Shown: positions 1-11,503, counted from the first letter of the whole stretch. The stretch: DNA of 63,707 nt, filler included, from Octopus bimaculoides (GCF_001194135.2; 4 parts of 4 records of this genome joined end to end with filler, not necessarily neighbours in it); one strand, 5' to 3'. Notes: a model not told the origin generated them from the sequence alone. Made by a program: numbers and translations.

Positions 1-300
1 GAGAGACAGACAGAGAGAAGAGAGAGACAGACAGAGAGAAGAGAGAGACAGACAGAGAGAAGAGAGAGACAGACAGAGAGAAGAGAGAGACAGACAGACT
101 GATTGAGACAGAGAGAGGAGAGAGACAAGAGAGAGACAGACAGAGAGAAGAGAGAGACAGACAGAGAGAAGAGACAGACAGACAGACTGATTGAGACAGA
201 GAGAGGAGAGAGACAGACTGACTGATCGAGACAGAGAAAGAGAGAGATACAGTAAGAAAAAGTGAGTGAGAAAGAGTGAAAGAAAGACAGAATGTGTGAG
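1..300. repeat. Compound (GA/GACA) purine-rich simple repeat
   Basis: Repeated gagagacagacagagagaaga units of about 22 nt. Confidence 0.9.
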
Positions 301-382
301 AATGAGAGAATGAATAAAAAGCTGTTGTTTTGACCTCTGACTACATTATCCAATGTGTCCTTCCTATTTTGAGGTGTTAAGG

Positions 383-832
383 TATAGGATTTTCGAGCGA
401 GATCGTTGCCAGTACCCCTGGACTGGCTCCTGTGCAGGTGGCACATAAAATACACCGTTTCGAGCGTGGCCATTGCCAGTACCACCTGACTGGCCTTCGT
501 GCGGGTGGCACGTAAAAAGCACCCACTACACTCTCAGAGTGGTTGGCGTTAGGAAGGGCATCCAGCTGTAGAAACTCTGCCAAATCAGATTGGAGCCTGG
601 TGTAGCCANNNNNNNNNNCCACCTGACTGGCCTTCGTGCGGGTGGCACGTAAAAAGCACCCACTACACTCTCAGAGTGGTTGGCGTTAGGAAGGGCATCC
701 AGCTGTAGAAACTCTGCCAAATCAGATTGGAGCCTGGTGTAGCCATCTGGTTTCACCAGTCCTCTGTCAAATCGTCCAACCCATGCTAGCATGGAAAGCA
801 GACGTTAAACGATGATGATGATGATGATGATG
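383..832 (+). mobile_element. SINE family B 3' part with (GAT)n tail, partly duplicated across a 10-N gap
   Basis: gtggcacgtaaaaagcacccactacactctcagagtggttggcgttaggaagggcatccagctgtagaaac...catgctagcatggaaagcagacgttaaacgatgatgatg; same sequence at 5550-5797 and reversed at 21125-21335. Confidence 0.8.
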
Positions 833-1106
833 AAGGTGTGATTTGAGATATATTTCGTTGACATATCAAGCAGAGCAAGTGACCAAATAAAGCTTGTTTA
901 ACTCGGAAATTGACCTTCACCAATTAGGCGTATTTGGTTGACATTTCTTGCAGAACAAGCAACCCTGCTTTTTTCATGTCGAAGTGATATGAAAATGTAT
1001 AGGCCCCTATCAGTTGTGTAGTGTGGTTGTTTTTTTTTTTGAGAACATGTTATGTAAGGGTTGGGGAAAGACCAGACAAGGAAACAAAGATCCTTATTAT
1101 ACTCAC

Positions 1107-1196
1107 GCTGTAACTTATGTTCCAGGATATCCAGTAGTTTGTGGTAGACCTTGTTGCATAATCCGCAGATGAAGGTGTCCAATTTGCCAGATGACA
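1107..1196 (-). CDS. Internal exon of an unidentified zinc-finger gene (C2H2/CCHC-like finger)
   Basis: Acceptor ttcccattgcAG, donor GTgagt, 90 nt, phase 1-1; encodes (V)SSGKLDTFICGLCNKVYHKLLDILEHKLQ (C-x2-C-x12-H); phase matches exon 2920-3258. Confidence 0.8.
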
Positions 1197-1266
1197 CTGC
1201 AATGGGAAGGACAGAGTTACAATAATAACAACTTTATTATTATAATAATAATTCTTCCTACTGGAA

Positions 1267-1470
1267 GCGCAAGGCCTAACAAATTTGGGGGAAGAGATTA
1301 AAATCGATCACATCGATCCCCAGTGCATAACTGGTACTTATTTAATCAGCCCGAAAAGGATGAAAGGCAAAGTTGACCTCGGTGGAATTTGAACTCAGAA
1401 CATAGTGGCAGATGAAATACCACTAAGCATTTCACCTGGTGTGCTAACAATTCTGCCAGCTCGCTGCCTT
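1267..1470 (-). mobile_element. tRNA-derived SINE family C
   Basis: Minus strand reads ggcagcgagctggcagaattgttagc (A box) ... gagttcaaattcc (B box) ... gcctttcatccttt...aagtaccag. Confidence 0.75.
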
Positions 1471-1490
1471 TATAATAATAATAATAATAA

Positions 1491-1657
1491 TCCTTTCTTA
1501 TTTCTTTATTGCCCACAAGGGGCTAAACATAGAGGGGACAAACAAGAACAGACAAAGAGATTAAGTCGATTACATCGACCCCAGTTCGTAACTGGTATTT
1601 ATTTAATCGACCCCCGAAAGGATGAAAGGCAAAGTCGACCTCGGCGGAATTTGAACT
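1491..1657 (-). mobile_element. SINE family C, partial copy
   Basis: gtcgattacatcgaccccag...cgaaaggatgaaaggcaaagtcgacctcggcggaatttgaact, shared with copies at 42405 and 53600. Confidence 0.75.
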
Positions 1658-2266
1658 AATATAGTNNNNNNNNNNNNNNNNNNNNNNNNNNNNNNNNNNN
1701 NNNNNNNNNNNNNNNNNNNNNNNNNNNNNNNNNNNNNNNNNNNNNNNNNNNNNNNNNNNNNNNNNNNNNNNNNNNNNNNNNNNNNNNNNNNNNNNNNNNN
1801 NNNNNNNNNNNNNNNNNNNNNNNNNNNNNNNNNNNNNNNNNNNNNNNNNNNNNNNNNNNNNNNNNNNNNNNNNNNNNNNNNNNNNNNNNNNNNNNNNNNN
1901 NNNNNNNNNNNNNNNNNNNNNNNNNNNNNNNNNNNNNNNNNNNNNNNNNNNNNNNNNNNNNNNNNNNNNNNNNNNNNNNNNNNNNNNNNNNNNNNNNNNN
2001 NNNGATTTGAATTAGATTTAACTGCTATTTCTAGCAGGTCGAACGCTTTTACTAAAAGTTTCGTTATATGTTATTTCGATGGTGGTGGTGGTGGTTTTGG
2101 TACGAACGATGGTGCAAAGCCTTAGGTGTTTGGGTACGTATATTTAAGTTCTGATTTCAAACCCCGACGATGTCGAACTTTGCCTGTTAGCCACCTGGAG
2201 TCGATAAAATAAAGTACCGTTAAATACAGAAGACAGTTTTAATCAAATTCATCCATTCAATTTGAA

Positions 2267-2657
2267 GGCACACCTACACAAGTGTGCCCCCCTCCATCAA
2301 TATTTGTTTCTATATAACTTTCAGAAAAATTAATATTTTTTAATGAAATTATCTACAAATGTTTTACAGGTGGTGTAGAATACGATTATTTTGGGAATTT
2401 TTTGTGTAAAAAGAGAAAAGAAAGGGAAAATGGTAATCACACATACATACTAACAAACAGCACATATTTCCAAAATTTCAAGTTTCATTTTATAGATTTA
2501 TGTGATGTATGTATATTATCATATTTAATTCCGATATAATCATAATCTACACCATCTGAAAGGTATTTGTAGAAAATTTCATTAAAAAAATACCAATTTT
2601 TTTCGAAAGCTATGCAGAAACGAAGTCGGTGGAGGGGTACGTTTATGTGGGTATGCC
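2267..2657. mobile_element. MITE-like element with about 110-nt imperfect terminal inverted repeats
   Basis: Left ggcacacctacac...ttttaatgaaattatctacaaatg...ggtgtag matches the reverse complement of right ctacaccatc...tttgtagaaaatttcattaaaa...gtgggtatgcc. Confidence 0.65.
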
Positions 2658-2919
2658 AACAAATTGAAAAGATTGATGTTTCTGATGGTACTTTATTTTA
2701 TCAACCTCAGATGGATGGGTAAAAGACAAAGTCGACATCGGCGGGATTTGAAGTCAGAACTTAAACAGACGTACGTAAACACCGCTAGGCACTACCTGTT
2801 CTGCCCTGGCACCATCGTTCATACCAAAACAATTACGACCACCACAATTAGAAGAAACGCGGTTTCTACTGTGTTAGTCGAAAGGAGACAATGTTAAACG
2901 ATAAAAAATCTTCACTTAC

Positions 2920-3258
2920 CTCGGTCCCTCGCTCGGGTTTTCATTTTATCCAGATTGTAAACCTCAATCACGAAGTTATTCGGCGTGTCCGGAGGCCGAG
3001 GGGCCTGGAAACCATTAGTGGCCATCAGAGCAGGGTTAGTGGTCAGCTTGTGGTTTTCCACGGAAACGGGTAGAGAACCGGGTAGTGAGGCCACGCCGGA
3101 CGACACGACTGTGTTCACACTGTTGTTGTTGTTGTTAATGTTGATGTTGTTCTTGCTGTGATTAGCGTTGTTATTGTCGGTGTTGTAATAGCTGTTGTTG
3201 AAGTGGTCACCGGACAACAGGGAGATGTTAACACTCTCTTTTCTTTCCATTTCAGTCT
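2920..3258 (-). CDS. Exon of the unidentified zinc-finger gene; probable start ATG at 3250
   Basis: Acceptor atattcAG (3259-3260), donor GTaagt (2918-2919); open Asn-rich frame MERKESVNISLL...NNFVIEVYNLDKMKTRARDR ends in phase 1 and joins exon 1107-1196. Confidence 0.75.
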
Positions 3259-4149
3259 CTGAATATATTTGCTTACGGCGATCTTCACTTGCGTTGGTGT
3301 TGACGATGTTGGTTAACCCCAGGTCAATCCTAGACGGACAGACCTATAATCAAATACATCCAAGTGGCCATCCCGTAGGCCTGTTGTCAAAGTTGATGCA
3401 TATTTAATACTACATTATCCAACATGTCCTTCTTTAAAGACAGTACCGGTATAGATTAACAGAGATGTCGATGCTATTTCTCACAAGTCATGGAACTAAT
3501 GGATCTTTTTGTTGTTATTGTTGGTGTTATGTAACTCACTGAGTCCTAGGTCAACCCTAAGAAAACAAATCTGCAATCAAAAGGTTCCCAATTCACGATC
3601 ATCGCGTTTTNNNNNNNNNNNNNNNNNNNNNNNNNNNNNNNNNNNNNNNNNNNNNNNNNNNNNNNNNNNNNNNNNNNNNNNNNNNNNNNNNNNNNNNNNN
3701 NNNNNNNNNNNNNNNNNNNNNNNNNNNNNNNNNNNNNNNNNNNNNNNNNNNNNNNNNNNNNNNNNNNNNNNNNNNNNNNNNNNNNNNNNNNNNNNNNNNN
3801 NNNNNNNNNNNNNNNNNNNNNNNNNNNNNNNNNNNNNNNNNNNNNNNNNNNNNNNNNNNNNNNNNNNNNNNNNNNNNNNNNNNNNNNNNNNNNNNNNNNN
3901 NNNNNNNNNNNNNNNNNNNNNNNNNNNNNNNNNNNNNNNNNNNNNNNNNNNNNNNNNNNNNNNNNNNNNNNNNNNNNNNNNNNNNNNNNNNNNNNNNNNN
4001 NNNNNNNNNNNNNNNNNNNNNNNNNNNNNNNNNNNNNNNNNNNNNNNNNNNNNNNNNNNNNNNNNNNNNNNNNNNNNNNNNNNNNNNNNNNNNNNNNNNN
4101 NNNNNNNNNNNNNNNNNNNNNNNNNNNNNNNNNNNNNNNNNNNNNNNNN

Positions 4150-4183
<34 letters not shown>

Positions 4184-4756
4184 TACTCTATAAGTACATT
4201 TGTGTCTATACGTGTTGATCTGTGTTTACGCACACACATATATACATGCGTATGTTTATGTGTGATGTATATGTGATATAAAGAACGTGAAATTGATTCC
4301 GGAGACGGTAAACATATAGCATATATACATACGAGTGTTTGTTGTTGTATACATACATATACGTATCTATAAACATAAACACACGCACACGCAGACATAT
4401 AGATTTATATGTATATCTGCCTATCTACATATAAAGAGAAAAAGATACGTATATATATATACATTATACATACATATTGTGTATATATTTACACCTGGTA
4501 GCCAGTGGAACTCTTCAGTACCGTCAACGAGGAAGAGTGTATTTTCTCGTCTCTCTTCGCTAGAGAGTGACAACCAATCAGTGTATAAGTTAAGCTGTTG
4601 GTGGCGGTTGTTGTTTTGCTTGGGAGTAGCCGGTTATAAGAAACGATTATGCTGTGCCGATTTAAGTCATGGGGACTCTGAACAGTTGCCCGGGGGCTCA
4701 ACTCTGATCTTTGTATGCTGCAGTTTGCTATCAATAAATAAATACTATATGGCCCG

Positions 4757-4921
4757 GGAGTGGCTGTGTGGTAAGTAGCTTGCTTACCAACCACATAGTT
4801 CCGGGTTCGTTCCCACTGCGTGGCACCTTGGGCAAGCGTCTTCTACTATAGCCTCGGGCCGATTAAAGCCTTGTGAGTGTATTTGGTAGACGGAAACTGA
4901 AAGAAGCCCGTCGTATATATG

Positions 4922-5006
<85 letters not shown>

Positions 5007-5224
5007 ATATGTTTGCGTGTCTGTGTTTGTCCCCCCAACATCGCTTGATAACCGATGCTGGTGTGTTTACGTCCCCGTAACCTAGCGGTTCGGCAAAATA
5101 GACCGACAGAAAAAATACTAGTATTCCAAAGAATAAGTCCTGGGGTCGATATGCACGACTAAAGGCGGTGCTCCAGCATGGCCGCAGTCAAATGACTGAA
5201 ACAAGTAAAAGCGTGAGTAAAGAG
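4757..5224 (+). mobile_element. Composite tRNA-derived SINE family A, full length, with internal (TA)n(TG)n
   Basis: Head ggagtggctgtgtggtaag (A-box-like), ccgggttcgttccc (B-box-like), central microsatellite, tail cagcatggccgcagtcaaatgactgaaacaagtaaaa. Confidence 0.9.
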
Positions 5225-5549
5225 TATATGGCCCAAGAGAGATTTGCCTGGTAGCATATAATGCTGGTATGACAGCTGTGAACCATACATGCCTTCATAG
5301 TGCTGTCCTAAGTCATGTGCATCCTGGGTAGTTTGCTTGGAGGCCTCACAGGATTAAGGACCCTATTCTAATCTATGTATGCAGTGGCTTGCTGTTGATA
5401 AATATAGCATCTCCAATGAAGTGATTTGCTCGCGGGCCTATGCTGCAAAAACAAGCCTAGCAAATTGATAACGTGTAGCTGGAAATCGAAATCGGGATGG
5501 CACCTGTGCCCAGCGTCACCTTTCTGGCACTTGTGCCCGTGACATGTGT

Positions 5550-5797
5550 AAGGATTTTTCGAGCGAGATCGTTGCCGGTGCCCCTGGACTGGCTCTTGTG
5601 CGGGTGGCACATAAAATACACCATTTCGTGCGGGTGACACGTAAAAGCATCCACTACACTCTCTGAGTGGTTGGTGTTAGGAAGGGCATCCAGCTGTAGA
5701 AACTCTGCCATCCGGTTTCACCAGTCCTCAATCAAATCGTCCAACCCATGCTAGCATGGAAAGCGGACGTTAAACGATGATGATGATGATGATGATG
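5550..5797 (+). mobile_element. SINE family B with (GAT)n tail
   Basis: Near-identical to 383-832. Confidence 0.8.
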
Positions 5798-6224
5798 AAC
5801 GACGTTCCTGCTACAACCACTCCATTTTTTTTTCGTCAGATCTAATACAGCCAGAACAAAAGTATCTAATGTATTCCTAAGGCTCTGACAGAGATATTGC
5901 TGTTATTTCTAGCAGGTTCACTAGGTGACTTGTCGTTTGTCTGTCAAGTTGACGAAGACCAGTTAATCACCTTCGGATTAGGATTAGGATTAGGATTCGG
6001 CTTGGTGGGTACGTTGATGAGAGATCAAGCCAAGCACTTGGATTAGAACAGTTCCCCACAACTTTCTTTTCACCTGTGGTACCCTTATTTTCTTTTCAAA
6101 ATTCAACAGCACACCTGAACTAAAAATATAGGGAAAAAATGATATTCCGGTTACACTGCTGCACACCTAGCATCATCTCGTGGCACACCAGTGTGCCATG
6201 GCATACCGTTTGCAGAGCACTGGC

Positions 6225-6510
6225 CTAGAAGGTTCTCTGGTGGTGTGGACAGGAAATGGTGGTGGTAGTTGGAGATTTGATGTTGATGGTTTTCCAGGTT
6301 TGCTTGTGTTGCTCAGCTGCAACAACCCTGTTTGTTTTCACAGATTTACATGCCTTTGCAGACAGCTGATCCCCACACGCCTCTGTCCTGAGCTGTCTGC
6401 TCCCGTGCGACATTGCTAATCCCGAGGGCTTTTAGAGAGGTTTTTGACGTGTCTGTGGAGCACTTTTTCCAGGCTTCCTTAGAAATACTTGCTTTCCTGT
6501 AGTTTGTCAT
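6225..6510 (-). mobile_element. Decayed RTE-clade LINE, 3' end of the RT ORF
   Basis: Translates KKCSTDTSKTSLKALGISNVAREQTAQDRGVWGSAVCKGM, resembling the RTE C-terminal motif KDTLK.SLK...WE..AQDR..WR.AV; frameshifted with stops. Confidence 0.6.
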
Positions 6511-6529
6511 CTAAAAACTTCTCTCTTGG

Positions 6530-6712
6530 CAACCAGTGTTGGTGTGTTTATTTCCCCATAACATAGTGGTTCAGCAAAAGAGACCAATAGAATAAATACT
6601 AGGCTTAAAAAAAAATAATAAGTCCTGGGATCGATTTGTTCGACTAAAACCCTTCAAGGCGGTGCTCCAGCATGGCTGCAGTCAAATGACTGAAACTAGT
6701 AAAAGATAAAAG
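6530..6712 (+). mobile_element. SINE family A 3' half
   Basis: Tail gcggtgctccagcatggctgcagtcaaatgactgaaac. Confidence 0.8.
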
Positions 6713-6814
6713 ACGAATTATAAAATAGCTTTAATATCTTTAAAATATACATTGGTGTCCAGAATGAGGAACTTGCTTAAGGCCTGAAACCAAGGTGGGT
6801 GACCAGCCACACTT

Positions 6815-7170
6815 ACACACACAGACATGCAGATACATCATGTACTCACACACACACACACACACACACATACATACATGCAAATATACAAACTCTCATA
6901 CACACTGACACACACACATATACGAATGCTCATACTCTCTCGCACATACACACAGAAAAACATTGAGACATCTGTGTGTGTGTGTGTAAACAGACATTCA
7001 TACAAACACACACTCACAAATATACAGACCGATATGTACATCACACACACACACACACACACACAAAACCAAACAATAAATATACACTCTGTTTCATACA
7101 CAGACATATCATAATTTATAGATATTCATAAACATGCACACGTGTACTCACACACACATACACATAAACT
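6815..7170. repeat. Degenerate (CA)n/(TA)n microsatellite field
   Basis: Direct reading. Confidence 0.85.
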
Positions 7171-7454
7171 CTCCCATCATTAAACGACAGCTGAGGGTTC
7201 CACAAAGTCTTGCCGAATGACCAGCACAAAATGCTTTGTTTATAGTCGTTAATGTTTGTGCTGTCACATTGGCTCGCATTGCTTGTACAGGTACACAAGT
7301 GCGCCACATGCCAGGAGTCGAAATGACCGATGAGCAACATGAGATGAAGTGTCTTGCTCAAGAACACAACGCACTGACCAGTCTGGAAATCAAAACCACA
7401 ACCTCACAATTGTAACCACTAGGCCACACACTTTCACATATATATATACATACG

Positions 7455-7482
<28 letters not shown>

Positions 7483-7486
<4 letters not shown>

Positions 7487-7657
7487 CACATAATTAAGGG
7501 ATCAGCAAGTATTTGCTTCACCATATACCGAAGTTCAGAAATAGCAGCTAAAAAAGCTGAGAATCCTACAGATAGATTCTCAGCTTTTTTAGCTGCTATT
7601 TCTGAACTTCGGTATATGGTGAAGCAAATACTTGCTGATCCCTTAATTATGTGTATA
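7483..7657. repeat. Perfect foldback palindrome (83-nt arms, 9-nt loop), probably a MITE
   Basis: 7483-7565 is the exact reverse complement of 7575-7657; TA-repeat flanks. Confidence 0.9.
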
Positions 7658-7745
7658 AATATATATGAGCTTTTAAATAAGTTCTCCACCAATAATGGTG
7701 CTTTCATACCGATGGGCTTGGTAAAAATTATTAATTGTTAATTGA

Positions 7746-7751
7746 TTTATT
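7746..7751 (-). terminator. Candidate polyadenylation signal for C2CD3
   Basis: AATAAA on the minus strand about 310 nt downstream of the stop codon; usage not shown. Confidence 0.35.
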
Positions 7752-8058
7752 AATTAATAAATTGATAATCCTTTACCCTTTTAATTTGTAATATATATAT
7801 ATATATATACACATACATATATATTGATGATGATGATGATGATACATATATATTATATATGTGTGTATATATGTATGTATATATAAGGTTCTTTATCTCC
7901 TTTTCTTATTCAAATTATGTATGTATGTATAACATACTTTATCTCCACTTGTTATTCAAATCATTCACACACACACACGCACACACACACACAATTTGAA
8001 TAAGAGAAGAAGAGATTCTTTCAGTTTTCAAGAGATAACTTCACTCCAGTTGAAATCA

Positions 8059-8253
8059 TTAAAATTTCATAGAAAATATCTTGGCAATCCTGTGAGCTTC
8101 CTCGTGAGAGGGTGGACAGTAGTAGTTCTGTGGTAGCTTCTGCTTATTGGCTTCCCTTTCAGACATCTGATCAACATTTGGTCTTGACAGCTTATTGACC
8201 AATTCCTTCCTTGCCTCCACCTGGCCATCCTGCCTCGTTTGGTCAAAGGTGTC
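8059..8253 (-). CDS. C2CD3: C2CD3 terminal coding exon
   Basis: Acceptor ttttgctttacAG, phase 0; DTFDQ...PPSHEEAHRIAKIFSMKF*, similar to the recalled vertebrate C-terminus EEETLRIARIFS. Confidence 0.85.
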   Translation of the reverse strand, partial: DTFDQTRQDGQVEARKELVNKLSRPNVDQMSEREANKQKLPQNYYCPPSHEEAHRIAKIFSMKF

Positions 8254-8606
8254 CTGTAAAGCAAAACTGCTTTAATGAGATATCAAGTTCAGAGAAATTT
8301 GGCATTTTTTTATCCCAAGCCCTTCATTGTCACCTTTCCCTTTACATCACTTTTCCCTAACAGGGACCCTTACTGCATGCCAGTATAGACAGTATAATCC
8401 GCTTAAATATATACTAGCTTAACAGCTTTTAAGCTAGCTCCTTAGGTTCCATAACTTAGCAACTCAATAAACAGGGCACAACAAATTAAGTACAACATAG
8501 TAATAAATACTAGGGTCGATATGATCAACTAAACCCCTTTTTATTAGTTTCTTGGTAGGGTTGCAGTCTAAAGACTGGCAAAGAAAAAGAATAAAAACTC
8601 ACTTAC

Positions 8607-9734
8607 CCTCACTGTCTTGTAGGTTGACATAGCAGTGTTTATCCTCACGGCTCTCATGGACTGCTCCAAGTCAGGAAGGGGCAAGAAGAAATTAGTGGAA
8701 GCTAGACGACTGAGGGAGGTAGCTTTGGTTTGGTTGATTGCCGAGGCTGCATTGGCGTGACAAGGTTCAATAACTTCTGATGCATCAAAAGCAACATTAC
8801 TGCCTATAATATTGCTGGTTGTCATGCGGAGCGGTAGCGGTTGTAGTTGGGAGAAATAGGATGGAACAGTTTGTTGAGGCTGTGAATAAGGCCCTTGGAG
8901 TTGTTCAGGCTTCACGCTGTCTGGAATCGGTCCCTGTAGAGACGTGGTTTCTCTCTGCAACACAAAATGGCTGTCATCTGGCATCCCTGGAGGAGCTTCA
9001 CTCGCTGATCCCTCATGTCTATGGGGCTCCGCAAAAGGGGTCTCATTTCGCAATGTTACTGATAAAGAGGACTCAGCTAATGAAGACAATAACATTGGAC
9101 CCATTGTATTGTCAAGGGACAGGATAGATAGGTCTTCGTCCTCAAAGGACCTGTGCTGAAGTGCAGCGTTTTCAGAACAAGTGGGTGGTGTTGAGATGAC
9201 CGTGGAGGTGGTGGTATGAGCAGTGGTGGCTGCCGTGATAGCATTAATAGTGTTGGAGGTAGTAGCAGCATCAGTGGGGATGGTAGTAATGCTCGTGGTG
9301 GAGGTGGTAGTGGTGGCTGTTGTGGTGGTCATCTCAGTGAATTTGAGGAGATGGTCTTTGAAATGTCCGGCTATTCTATGGAAGTCTGCAAGGATCTCCT
9401 CTGTTTGGAACTCGTGCAAAGAACTCTGAGCGCAAGAGTTATCAGGAATAATCAGATGGCAGTACTGGTCGTTGTTGTTGTTCTCGTTGTTGGGGTGAGG
9501 GTGTTGGTGCTGGGAATGTGGTTGTTGTTGATGGTGGTGGTGGTGGTGGTGGTTGTAGCGGGTAGCATCGTCGTCGCTTGCCACTATCTGGACAATAGCC
9601 GATGGATCATCGAAGTGGTACCGGCTCTCTTCTCGAATAGACGACACATCGTTCACAAGACGGGGGACAATAATGCTTCCTTTTTCTTCTTCCTCCTCCT
9701 CCTCCTCCTCATCATCATCATTGTAATCGTTTTT

Positions 9735-9780
<46 letters not shown>

Positions 9781-9791
9781 ACATCCTCATT

Positions 9792-9822
<31 letters not shown>

Positions 9823-10806
9823 TCATCACCATCACTGTCGTCTCCTAAGACGAAAACATTGTTAGAGCCGCCGGCCAGATCCGGTTTGTGCTCGTAATCA
9901 AACCCCGCCGCCCTCGCCGTACTGTCACAGTTGTCACTCTTGTTGTTGTTGTTGTCGTTTCCTGCGTCTGCAGCTGGAGACATTCCTGGATCTNNNNNNN
10001 NNNNNNNNNNNNNNNNNNNNNNNNNNNNNNNNNNNNNNNNNNNNNNNNNNNNNNNNNNNNNNNNNNNNNNNNNNNNNNNNNNNNNNNNNNNNNNNNNNNN
10101 NNNNNNNNNNNNNNNNNNNNNNNNNNNNNNNGTGGTGGTGGTGGTGACGGTGGAGAGTGACTCGGTGAGAACTGCCATGCTCTTTTTTCGTTGAAGGTTG
10201 TCTTTGGGAAGAGTTTGTTGTTGCTGATGTGGTGGTGGTGGTGGTGGTGCTGGTGGTGATAAAACTTGACCAAAGGAGGCAGAACCCCTTTCCACTAGCA
10301 GAGAGTCCACCCCAAAACTCTGCGATTGCGTAGAGTCAGAAGCAATGACCCCATTGCTTCTTAGAGTACCGGGGTTCGTGCTAGCGTGCGGCAAGGACAT
10401 TATCACGGGGGAAGAGTCCAGCTCCGACCCCTTCTTTAACTCAAGGTTCCCCTTCTCTCCTGCTTCCCTGTCAGATGTTACGTCCAGTAAATCGACAGCA
10501 TCTCTTTGTGATGCTGAAGACGTGCCCTGCAGTGAAGACAAAGTGAAATCTGATTGGCTGGTTGAGACAGAAAACAGATCCTTCTTAGACTTGTAGCTTT
10601 TGTTGCTGTTACTGTTGTTGCTGTTGTTGAAGGAACTGGATTTTGCTGTAGTTGTTGTGGTTGTTGTTGTTGCTGTTGATGTTAATGTTGCAGTAGGTGG
10701 TGGCGCTGCAGTTTTGTATCGAGCAACAGCAGCAGCAGCAGAAATGTTTGGACTGAGTTTAGACAGGAGGGCATGGTTCATCTGGTCGAGTTCCATCATT
10801 TGCTCC
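8607..10806 (-). CDS. C2CD3: C2CD3 large low-complexity exon (contains N gap 9994-10131)
   Basis: Acceptor ctcttttccAG (phase 2), donor GTaagt (phase 0); starts EQMMELDQMN, ends TNFFLPLPDLEQSMRAVR...KTVR, similar to recalled ELDQ and NFFLP..LE.S.R motifs. Confidence 0.85.
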
Positions 10807-11303
10807 CTGGAAAAGAGAAAGAGATGCATGAGAGATCTGTAGATAGATGAGAGGGAGAGAGGGAGAGAGAGAGAGAGAGAGAGAGAAATGTATAAGAGAT
10901 TTATAGATGAGAGAGAGAGAGAAAGGACAGATTTATAGATAGATAAGAGAAGAAAGAGAGAGAGATATGAGAGATTTATAGACAGATAAGGGGAGAGAGA
11001 GAGAGAGAGATGACAGATTTATAGATAGATAAGGGAGCCTGGTGTAGCCATCTGGTTCACCAATCCTCAGTCAAATCGTCCAACCCAGTCGGTAGTTGAA
11101 CAGTGAAAGCTGAGTATCGTACCTATGTTCAAGAAGTGCAGAGTGTGTTCTGCGTTAACATATGTTTCTACGATAGGTTATTTTAAAATAACCACAACCA
11201 TCTCTTTATTTGTGGAAAACCATTTTACACCAGACGTATACACCCACATCATAACATTAGGTGAAAGATGAAAGAAGATAACGACAAAACATCGAATGCT
11301 CAC

Positions 11304-11503
11304 CTGAGCTTCACTTTGAGGTCCCCTTGGGTTGAGGCAGTAAAGTGGAAGGTTGGCAGTTCTAATGCCAGTGTGTTCCTGGCAGACATTTGGTTCTGCT
11401 GCTTCAACATTTCGTGGTGTCGCTTCACGTTCTCGTAGTGTTCTTCAAAGTGGGGTAACTTGGCGTTGCTGGTGGTAGGACATTTTGTGGACACTTGCTT
11501 CCC
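11304..11503 (-). CDS. C2CD3: C2CD3 exon
   Basis: Acceptor catacAG, donor GTgagc, phase 0-2; HFEEHYENVKRHHEML resembles recalled HEEHIENIRRFHESL. Confidence 0.85.

Noticed and set aside
490-750. Apparent tandem duplication of a SINE segment
   Set aside because: Near-identical copies on either side of a 10-N gap are typical of unmerged contig overlap; the same applies to 27950-28280 and probably 52555-53295
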